This document shows positions 1 through 7,586 of a stretch of 61,341 nucleotides of DNA, piece by piece. Under the pieces are notes generated by a model. That model was not told the origin of the DNA, ran no database searches, and saw only the letters and a program-made list of their open reading frames with translations. Origin of the DNA: Fibrobacterota bacterium. GTDB lineage: Bacteria > Fibrobacterota > Fibrobacteria > UBA5070. The stretch covers positions 1 through 61,341 of the forward strand of contig JBDKGS010000001.1 of the NCBI GenBank assembly GCA_039798065.1. The letters run 5' to 3'. Position 1 is the stretch's first letter, and each line of letters starts with the position of its first letter. A program made the translations under genes and the position numbers.

Positions 1-408
1 CGAGATCAGCATCGGATACTCATTGAATTTAGTCAACGCTTGGTGGAATCATCTCAGGCGCTGCCTAAATTTGGTCCAGCATTAAATAAATTAATCAAGC
101 AGGTTGCAGAATTCATAAGCTTCGAAGCACATGGAGATGAGATAAAATATGTTGGGTGGTCATTCAAGTTGGGGAACATTACCGACGAAACGCGAGAAAT
201 CATCAAATTGGGTGCCGCATTTCAATACTTGGTTTGCGATCATCAAAGCTTGTCGTTAATTGATGAAGATACTGAAATTGAATTCGCAAATATAGTATGC
301 ACTTTCTATTGGATCCCAATGCGAAAAGGTGATCCGAAAAAGTTTACCATTGGCGAATTGCCAAGAGACTACACTAGGAAACAATTCAGCTTGCTTGGTG
401 ATCTATGA
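1..408 (+). CDS. 3' end of an unknown protein-coding gene, truncated by the window edge
   Basis: Frame 1 is open from nt 1 to TGA 406-408; the track entry 40..408 starts at an internal TTG. The stop overlaps the next start (ATGA 405-408). Low GC like the next two genes. No motif recognised. Confidence 0.45.
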   Translation, partial: RDQHRILIEFSQRLVESSQALPKFGPALNKLIKQVAEFISFEAHGDEIKYVGWSFKLGNITDETREIIKLGAAFQYLVCDHQSLSLIDEDTEIEFANIVCTFYWIPMRKGDPKKFTIGELPRDYTRKQFSLLGDL

Positions 409-1358
409 AAATTCAATTTAAAACGATAGATCCAAATACAATCAAGGTTGAAGACATAGATTTATTTGTTTGCGCAGTGGGGTACGAATCCAGGTCGACA
501 TACTCGTTGCAAAAACTGAGGCGGGCCGGATTATCTGATTCGAAATTACTTATTTTTGCGTTTCAAGATTGCGATACTGATGAATGCGCACGGAATAATT
601 TCTTATCGATTGGGATAGCTAGTGATAGCTGCCAAAAGGTCCCATATAGCGATTCTTCGATTGGGACGAACAAATTTGAATCTGAAGTTTTGCGATTGCA
701 AAGTGAAAAAATAGACAAGGGCATAACGATCCTAGTCGACTATTCTTCCATGCCTCGGTCGTTGTATTGTAAACTGCTGGAAAAAGTCTTTTCATTAAGG
801 CGACGCGATGATGTTTTTTGCTTCTCCTACTCGCACGGAGATTACTCGGGGACGCAACAGGCGCAAACAGCTGGTATTGATAGAATTGGACTCTATAGTG
901 GCACTCCACTACTAGATTCCGCTGGTGTTCGATCACATGTCATAGGACTAGGCTATGACTCGGAACGATCAAAAGCGTTGTATAGCTTCCTTGATCCACA
1001 GAATCTCTTTGTATGTTTTTCATACCCCAAGGGTAACGAGACCTTAAGACAAAATCTATACGAAATCAATGATGACGTACTCCAGGCAGCATCACATATC
1101 ACTCATTTATATGTTGATGACTTTGAAAGCATGATTGCGAAACTAACTGAGATTGTATTAGACTTACGGAAAGCAGGAACCGTAATTTTAGTTCCTGATG
1201 GACCAAAACCAGCGATTCTGGCCTTCTCAATACTGCCGTTAATCATACAAGCCAATGGCGTTACGTGCTTGAAAATTTACCGGCATGAAACGGCTTACCA
1301 TCGTGCCAACGTAATTCCAGACAAAAGGATATCGGGGTTTTTGGTGGAGCAATTTTGA
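405..1358 (+). CDS. hypothetical protein (317 aa), partner of the Dam-type methylase
   Basis: Uninterrupted ORF. ATGA overlap upstream and TTG/TGA overlap (1355-1358) downstream imply one operon. Low GC. Only a vague alternating beta/alpha (Rossmann-like) pattern; no catalytic motif I can name. Confidence 0.6.
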   Translation: MKIQFKTIDPNTIKVEDIDLFVCAVGYESRSTYSLQKLRRAGLSDSKLLIFAFQDCDTDECARNNFLSIGIASDSCQKVPYSDSSIGTNKFESEVLRLQSEKIDKGITILVDYSSMPRSLYCKLLEKVFSLRRRDDVFCFSYSHGDYSGTQQAQTAGIDRIGLYSGTPLLDSAGVRSHVIGLGYDSERSKALYSFLDPQNLFVCFSYPKGNETLRQNLYEINDDVLQAASHITHLYVDDFESMIAKLTEIVLDLRKAGTVILVPDGPKPAILAFSILPLIIQANGVTCLKIYRHETAYHRANVIPDKRISGFLVEQF

Positions 1359-2176
1359 ATCCATCAAGTGGAGCCCCGCAATCATTTTTGCGCTGGCCTG
1401 GTGGAAAGCGTTGGGCAGTGAATATTATTACGCCAATTATTCATGGTATAAAATTTGAACGGTATATAGAGCCGTTCATCGGCGGAGGGAGTATATTTTT
1501 TTCTGTTCACCCTCGGGAAGCAATAATTTCTGATTTGAATACAGACCTAATTGCTACATATAAAGCAGTCAAATCCAGCCCCGCAAAAGTACTTGATCAG
1601 CTTCGGCAACTTACATGCTCAAGGGAACAGTACAACGCTTTTCGAAACATGAGTCGATTGAAGAAGAATGTAGATATTGCTACTAGGTTCCTGTATCTAA
1701 ATCGAATGAGCTTCTCTGGAATGTATAGGGTAAACCTAAAAGGCGAATTTAATGTGCCATTTGGTGGAGATAGAGATCTAAGGACGCTGACAGAAAGCAA
1801 AATAATACAAAATGCGTCAAGGTGCTTAAAGGCAGCAGCTATTGAGTCTAGTGATTTTGAGGAAGTAATGGAACGAGCTAAGAAAGGCGATTTGGTATAT
1901 TGCGACCCGACATATACGGTCGCACACAATAATAATGGCTTTGTGAGATACAACGAAAAAGTCTTTCGGTGGGAAGATCAGCAGCGACTCGCAAAAGCAT
2001 GCCTACGAGCGAAAAAGCGCGGAGTAAAATTGATAATCTCTAATGCTGCGCATGAATCTGTCATTGAATTGTATCGAGATTTTTCTGAATGCCGAATTCT
2101 TGAGCGACCGACAAATATATCAGTCAAAATTCATGCGCGAAAAATTGTTTCAGAAGCCCTATTCATCGTCAAATAG
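1355..2176 (+). CDS. dam: D12-class (Dam family) N6-adenine DNA methyltransferase
   Basis: N-terminal FLRWPGGKRW, SAM-binding EPFIGGGSIFF (FxGxG) and catalytic DPPY-variant CDPTYTV, in the order typical of Dam-like enzymes. TTG start inferred. Target sequence unknown. Confidence 0.9.
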   Translation: MNPSSGAPQSFLRWPGGKRWAVNIITPIIHGIKFERYIEPFIGGGSIFFSVHPREAIISDLNTDLIATYKAVKSSPAKVLDQLRQLTCSREQYNAFRNMSRLKKNVDIATRFLYLNRMSFSGMYRVNLKGEFNVPFGGDRDLRTLTESKIIQNASRCLKAAAIESSDFEEVMERAKKGDLVYCDPTYTVAHNNNGFVRYNEKVFRWEDQQRLAKACLRAKKRGVKLIISNAAHESVIELYRDFSECRILERPTNISVKIHARKIVSEALFIVK

Positions 2177-2349
2177 CCTTAGTCAGCATGAAATTATTGA
2201 ACACCATTTACACCAAACCAGTCCCTACGCCGACGCCGCCGTTTCGACTCCGTAGTTCGCCCGTTGATTGCTCGCCTACAGGCGGCACAGGATTGGATGG
2301 CGCTACGCTATGGCCCAGGAGCGTCTGGAGTCCCCCGTTTCATCGGATA

Positions 2350-2775
2350 TGAACATGCGGCAGAGGTGAGACAACGCGAATCGTGAGGAATCGCCTCGAA
2401 AGGCCGATAAATACTGGGTTTCCTTGTCTCACAACCCCGCCAAGACAAAAACCGGGCCAACGCTATCTCGGAAGCACGAAGGCGACTCTGTCTCAAAACC
2501 CCGCCAAAGCAGGGAATTCAACAGGTCTCGTTCGGAATCGATAAATGGGCTGTAAAATGCCATTCCATGCAGTTTGAACGGGATTTTGAGCTGTGAAAGA
2601 GCTCCGGCGTGTCCGCCAGCTTTGTCCGCCTTGTCCGGCATCAAATTGGAATTTTGCGGAGACGATCAGCTGGACAGTCGAGCATTTAAGCCTTTATCCA
2701 GCAACGCTAAAACTGCTGGATTGTTCCTTTTGTCTCAAAACCCCGCCAATTTTGTCTCACCTGAGCCGCCCAACT
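2350..2775. repeat. cluster of TGTCTCA-core repeats: three 19-nt direct copies, one degenerate direct copy, one inverted copy
   Basis: TGTCTCACAACCCCGCCAA at 2425-2443, TGTCTCAAAACCCCGCCAA at 2489-2507 and at 2731-2749. TGTCTCACCTGAGCCGC at 2753-2769. Its inverted partner GCGGCAGAGGTGAGACA at 2357-2373 matches 15 of 17 nt. The region is a convergent intergenic gap with no credible ORF. Confidence 0.8.
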
Positions 2776-2795
2776 ACAGGCACATCACACCAAGC

Positions 2796-3151
2796 TCACA
2801 GATCCGCCGAATCGATCCCGACTGTCGTCAGCAACCACGAAAGATCGACTGGATCCCGTTTCTGGAACTTTGCCATGCGGGCTTCGTTCAGCTGACACTC
2901 GCGCACCCAGTCCAGCACAGCTTCCCGCCCTTTAGCAGACCTCACGCACTGCCGCGGGGACTTGTTTTCCAGGACCGGGATCGGTGTGTCCGGCCACTCC
3001 CGGTAGGTCGAGCGGTACACCGCGTCGATCACCTCTGGTGTCATCGGAAGAGGCCCAGCTTCACTGCCCGATCCTCCTTCGTCTGTCTTTCCAAGCTCCT
3101 GGGTCATGTCCACGATCTTGCGTGACCGGAAGCGGAGCAGGTCGCCCATGT
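2796..3151 (-). pseudogene. C-terminal fragment of a SEC-C-motif protein gene disrupted by IS66 insertion
   Basis: ORF 2796..3149 begins MGDLL. Its first codons lie in the 8-bp target duplication, so it continues the reading frame of 5453..6457 (..KWLKAHMG|DLLRFRS..) once the IS is removed. Confidence 0.85.
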
Positions 3152-3230
3152 GTAACCGCTCGGTGATCCCCTCTTACTCCGTCCCCGCTTGATTTTGAGG
3201 CTTCCGTAGTCCACTACTTCGGAGGTCGAT

Positions 3231-3401
3231 ATGTCACCGATTCCATCCCACCACCAGCTGATCCATATCCAGCGTTGGCTCTCCAGTTCCAGCGCTTTAC
3301 GCAATCGATTGCGCCAACAGCTTCTCGCCCCTGTCACCGCGAAACGTCATACTCCATTGTTCCAAGAGTTACTCGTTGATTGGGATGACTCGTCATGCTG
3401 A
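3231..3401 (+). CDS. short IS66 accessory ORF (orf1/TnpA position), 56 aa
   Basis: Below the track length cut-off. ATG at 3231 is preceded by GGAGG (3221-3225). Stop TGA 3399-3401 overlaps the tnpB start (ATGCTGA). Translation read by hand: MSPIPSHHQLIHIQRWLSSSSALRNRLRQQLLAPVTAKRHTPLFQELLVDWDDSSC. Much shorter than usual IS66 Orf1. Confidence 0.4.
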   Translation: MSPIPSHHQLIHIQRWLSSSSALRNRLRQQLLAPVTAKRHTPLFQELLVDWDDSSC

Positions 3402-3751
3402 GCCCCTCGAATCTTCGGGTTTTCGTTTGCAGCGAGCCCGCCGACATGCGCAAGTCGTTCGATGGCTTGTCGGGATTGTGCCGCGAATTCCTCGGACAAG
3501 ATCCGTCAAGCGGCCAGGTTTTCGTGTTCTTCAATCGTCGCCGCGACCAGGTCAAAGCGCTATGGTGGGATAACTCTGGCTTTGCGATTTGGTACAAGCG
3601 CTTGGAATCGGGCCGATTCCATTTTGGGCCCCACAAGGGCGTGATCAGCCAAGCGGAGCTTGCGATGATCCTGGAGGGGATCGAGATCAGAAATGTTCGT
3701 CGCTTCAAGCGATTTCGACTACAAAACAACGAAGCGCAATGCTCGAATTGA
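3395..3751 (+). CDS. tnpB: IS66 family Orf2 (TnpB-IS66) accessory protein
   Basis: 118 aa with the conserved IS66 Orf2 signature DMRKSFDGLSGL..VFVFFNRRRDQVKALWWD..GFAIWYKRLE. Confidence 0.9.
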   Translation: MLSPSNLRVFVCSEPADMRKSFDGLSGLCREFLGQDPSSGQVFVFFNRRRDQVKALWWDNSGFAIWYKRLESGRFHFGPHKGVISQAELAMILEGIEIRNVRRFKRFRLQNNEAQCSN

Positions 3752-3787
3752 TCAGTATTTATCGAACTTTCGAGGTAAATTGTATCG

Positions 3788-5407
3788 GTGTCGAAGACCG
3801 CTTCCAAAAAGCGCAATGCGCCGGAATCTGTCGCTTCGGAGAAGCTGTCCATCGACGCGATTCTCCAGCAGAATTCCGCCCTGAAAGAGCGCAACCGTTA
3901 CCTGGCCGAACAACTGGAATTACTCAAGCGCCACATTTTCGGCCACCGCTCCGAGAAGCTGCCGGCATCGCTGGATCCTGCATCGGCGATGGATCTGTTC
4001 GGATCCGAAGTGGTTGCGGTTTCTGTCGAAACCGTCCCGGTCCACGCTCACGAGCGCACCACAAGTCCCAAGGGGCATGGCCGCGCGGTGTTGCCCGAAA
4101 ACCTTCCGTGCGAAGAGATCGAACTGGACGTGCCCGATTCGGAGAAGATCTGTCCCTGCTGTGGCAAGGATCGAGTCTGCATCGGAGCTGATTCACGCGA
4201 TGAGCTGGACATCATTGCTCCCCAGTTTATCAAGCGCCGCTACATCCGTCCCAAGTACGCTTGCCGCACCTGCACCGAATGCGGCGTGGTGCAGGCCGAG
4301 CCCGCCATGTGCGTGATCGACAAGGGTATCCCCAGTGCAAATCTTGTCGTGTGGATCGTGCTGGCCAAGTACCTCGATCACCTGCCATTGTATCGGATCG
4401 CCAACCAGTTCAAACGCTGGGGCGTCGAGATCGCCGAAACGACCATGGTCGGGTGGATCGCGTCCGTGTTCGAACTGTTGGGGCCGATTCATCTAGCGTT
4501 GGAGCACGAAATCAAGACCTGCGGATGCCTGCATGTGGACGAGACCACCTTGCGGGTACAGCGAGGCGAAAAGGACAAGCTCGGGTTGGGCAAGGCCAGC
4601 ACCGACTTCCTATGGGCCATGCTTGGGCGAAAACCAGATGGAACGCCGCTTGGCGTGTCCTTCCATTACGCCGATGGCCGACAGCATGCCGTGGCGCGTG
4701 CATTGTTGGATGGTGTGACAGGAGTTGTCGTTAGCGATGGGTATGGAGCCTATGACCAGCCATGCGGTGACGACAAGGGAATCGTCCATGCCGCTTGTTG
4801 GGCGCATGCGCGCCGCAAGTTTCACGAAGCGCGCCAGTGCGGCCACACGGAGGCTGATCAGCCACTGAAGCGGATCGCCAAACTTTACAAGGCGCACCAG
4901 CGAATCGATCTCTTCGCAGTAGGTCTGCTCCGTCGATCCAGACATTTTGGACAAGAACTGACGCAGTCGGAAATTGACGCCATCATCGTTGATCGGCGTC
5001 GCAAATGGATGAAGCCGGTGGTCGATGGGATCAAGAACTGGAATGATCAGACACGCATGAGCGCTTTGCCCAAAGGGCATATGGGCAAGGCAGTCCGATA
5101 TTTCGACAACCAGTATCCGAGACTGGTGAAGTTTCTCGAACATGCGCGGGTGGATCTGGACAACAACATCATCGAGCGCTCGATCCGGCCGATCGCCATC
5201 GGCCGCAAGAACTGGATGGTCGCAGGAAGCGAAGACGGAGCCGAGCGCGCCGCCCTGCTGATGTCACTGATCGGAACCTGTCGCATGCTTGGAATCGACC
5301 CCACCGCGTATTTTTGCGACGTGCTACTGCGGGTTAGGATGAGACCAAAGAACGCCGATTGCGCCGACCTCACGCCTGACAAATGGATGACGGCGCGGGC
5401 AAACTAG
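3788..5407 (+). CDS. IS66 family DDE transposase (TnpC)
   Basis: 539 aa. N-terminal leucine-zipper-like LKERNRYLAEQLELLKRHIFG, CPCCG..C..C zinc-finger-like segment, and catalytic-region motifs HVDETTLRV, VSDGYGAY, CWAHARRKF. GTG start inferred. Confidence 0.93.
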   Translation: MSKTASKKRNAPESVASEKLSIDAILQQNSALKERNRYLAEQLELLKRHIFGHRSEKLPASLDPASAMDLFGSEVVAVSVETVPVHAHERTTSPKGHGRAVLPENLPCEEIELDVPDSEKICPCCGKDRVCIGADSRDELDIIAPQFIKRRYIRPKYACRTCTECGVVQAEPAMCVIDKGIPSANLVVWIVLAKYLDHLPLYRIANQFKRWGVEIAETTMVGWIASVFELLGPIHLALEHEIKTCGCLHVDETTLRVQRGEKDKLGLGKASTDFLWAMLGRKPDGTPLGVSFHYADGRQHAVARALLDGVTGVVVSDGYGAYDQPCGDDKGIVHAACWAHARRKFHEARQCGHTEADQPLKRIAKLYKAHQRIDLFAVGLLRRSRHFGQELTQSEIDAIIVDRRRKWMKPVVDGIKNWNDQTRMSALPKGHMGKAVRYFDNQYPRLVKFLEHARVDLDNNIIERSIRPIAIGRKNWMVAGSEDGAERAALLMSLIGTCRMLGIDPTAYFCDVLLRVRMRPKNADCADLTPDKWMTARAN

Positions 5408-5452
5408 AAAGGCGATCACCTCAACAAAAAGAGGGGATCACCGAGCGGTTAC

Positions 5453-6457
5453 GCCCATGTGTGCCTTCAGCCACTTCCGGTTATCCGCTGCGGCGAGCCG
5501 ACTCCGGGACTCCAGGATCAGCACATCGCCGTCCAGGGTGAGCTTGGCCAAGCTGCGAATCACCCCGGTATCCGTCGACTGCACGCGATTCCACTCGGTC
5601 TGGAAATCGTTCATGGGCTCGATGTCCTTGATCCCAAAAAGCGACCGCCGAATCCCCTTGAGATCCAGCACAGTGAACCGGTCCATCACCAGCTCCAGCG
5701 GCGCGCGACTTGCACCATCGACGATGCGGATTTTGGGCGGAATCGCAACCTTGCGCAAGTACTGACGCAGGAACTCGCGCTCCAGTGCCAAGGCGGCTTC
5801 ACGGAGAGCGCTCTCGCTCTTGGAGGTGGACCGAAACTGGGCCAGAAGCTGCTTGGCCTCCTTGCGGTCGGCCCGAAAAATCGAGGAGACCGTGGGCTCG
5901 GCGGCATCGTACACGACGCGCGCCGCCAGCACATCGAAGTGCAGCACCTGGGTGGAGGCGCTGATCTCCGCGACTTCGATCAGATCCCCACGTGGCGAGT
6001 TCAGCGGGACAAGGCCGATGAACTTCCCCACGGACACCGACTGGACCTCCCAGAACCGAAGCGGATGTAACGCCAACTGTTGCACATTCGCCAGCTGCTC
6101 CCGAGACAAGCGGTGACCGAAACGCTCCGCAAGTCCGCAGCGCGCGAGCTCAGCAAGCATGCACTCCTGCACACCGACCAGCAGGCCAGAAAGCTCTTCG
6201 GGGTTGGCCTCGCCGAATCGCGCAAGCCCTTGCCGTACTTCCGAATCATCGATGATCGAGTCGAAGAAGCGCCCGGTCTCTTCCGGCATCCACTTGGGTG
6301 CGGACTCGATCAGCTGTTCGACCTGGCGGCCGTTAACGTAGTCCGGATGCTCGTTCGCTGGAGCCGTTGCCAACCCGTGCTTCTGGTCGGCGGCCATGCA
6401 GCATTTCTTGTACTTGTTCCCGCTGCCACAAGGGCATGGATCGTTTCGACCTGGCAT
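5453..6457 (-). pseudogene. N-terminal fragment of the SEC-C-motif protein gene disrupted by IS66 insertion
   Basis: Starts MPGRNDPCPCGSGNKYKKCC (canonical SEC-C metal-binding motif). The frame runs into the IS right end and stops after 4 IS-encoded codons (VTAR). The reconstructed gene would encode about 450 aa. Confidence 0.85.
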
Positions 6458-6844
6458 CGTTTGGCTCCGTCCCTTTCGAGTGACGCACGGGCGAAAATAG
6501 CACGGAGAAGTGCTTCACGGATGAATCAGCCGCTACTCCTCGGTGCGCCTAGCCAAACCCTCTGGACCTCCGCGGACACCTGGATTACCTGGGCCCATCG
6601 GGCCTACCAGCGAAAGTGGTTCAGGGGGGTCCACCGACGTAAAATGCCCGGTGGACACCGGAAACATCGTTTCAATCACTGCTGACCCGGGTCCACCACC
6701 AAGTGCAATTCATGAGGTTTGTGATCAGCAAAGACGAGACAACTTGAAGTGTCGCACGAACAATCTTCGCCAAAACAAGCTGAGGACTCGCTCATCCATC
6801 TATATATTGATTCTCATTCTCATACTTTGAAACAGGAGACAACC

Positions 6845-7186
6845 ATGAACAACGACGCAACGCCACTCCTTCAAACCGTTAACGGTGCCGTCTACCCGAT
6901 GTCCAGCGGAGCCCGCGTTTTGCTTGGATTCGACGGCGCCTGGATGGCCCTCACCCGCGAGCAGTTGACCGGTGTCGGCAACACCCTGGCCAACATCCTG
7001 AACTGCCCGTTCAAGCACCATCACCTCGAAGCCGGCATGCTGTTGCGCTCCAAGGACGGCGCCCATCGGTTGCCGCTGACCGAGGATTCCGCCAAGGAGC
7101 TGCACGGCCTGATCAACGACACGCTCCTGCTCTTGGAGGCTGAGTCGGCGTTGGCCGATGCATTTCCCGCCACCGCTGTGGAGTGA
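6845..7186 (+). CDS. hypothetical protein (113 aa)
   Basis: ATG at 6845 preceded by AGGAGA (6834-6839); the longer track ORF starts upstream in an AT-rich spacer. No motif recognised. Confidence 0.5.
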   Translation: MNNDATPLLQTVNGAVYPMSSGARVLLGFDGAWMALTREQLTGVGNTLANILNCPFKHHHLEAGMLLRSKDGAHRLPLTEDSAKELHGLINDTLLLLEAESALADAFPATAVE

Positions 7187-7280
7187 CACCGGCGCAGGCA
7201 TTCGGTGGTTGCGGCGTCGCCAAACCACCACCACTCGACAATCTTGCCAATCACAACCACCAGATCTAGTATTCCCCCAA

Positions 7281-7480
7281 GCAGGTGCCCGTCGACCAGA
7301 AGCGTTGCTTTCGGTCTTGGAACGGGAGAATCGGGAAGTCCGGTGGGGAGGGTTACCTCTGATTCCGGCGCGGACCCGCCACCGTGACCGGGGACCTTGA
7401 ACGCAAATCCACTGAAGCCACAAAACTTCGGGAAGGCGCGTCGAAGGGGTGATCCGGGAGCCGGGAGACCGGCCTGCTGC
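7281..7480 (+). promoter_or_regulatory. cobalamin (B12) riboswitch in the nrdDG leader
   Basis: Conserved core GGGAAGTCCGGTG..ATTCCGGCGCGGACCCGCCACCGTGA (about 7333-7386). B12 box AGCCGGGAGACCGGCC (7459-7474). P1-like pairing GCAGG (7281-7285) with CCTGC (7473-7477). Located 107 nt upstream of the nrdD ATG. Confidence 0.8.
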
Positions 7481-7586
7481 AGGAACGCGGCCCTCGGGAT
7501 ATAGGGTCTCGCGCATTGGTGGAATGCCTCGGCATCCCGCCTTGTGGGTCGCGCCTGCTCATCGTCCTCCAGGCGGAGATCCCGGA

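Larger units (their letters stand above)
3152..5452 (+). mobile_element. IS66-family insertion sequence (2,301 bp), apparently intact
   Basis: Perfect 24-bp terminal inverted repeats GTAACCGCTCGGTGATCCCCTCTT (3152-3175 and complement of 5429-5452). Flanking 8-bp direct duplication GCCCATGT (3144-3151 and 5453-5460). Encodes IS66 Orf2 (TnpB) and the IS66 DDE transposase. Confidence 0.93.

Noticed and set aside
2235-2260. GTTTCGACTCC resembling a tRNA T-loop (possible tRNA or att remnant next to the low-GC cassette)
   Set aside because: No complementary T-stem, acceptor stem or anticodon arm could be drawn, so there is no cloverleaf.
2409-2420. 12-mer ATAAATACTGGG shared between 2409-2420 and 48791-48802
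   Set aside because: A single 12-nt match within a 61-kb window is expected by chance, and the flanks do not extend the match.
2574-3166. Several + strand ORFs (183, 100 and 60 aa) across the repeat region and the SEC-C 3' fragment
   Set aside because: They overlap the repeat array or lie antisense to the SEC-C C-terminal fragment. They have no start context or motif.
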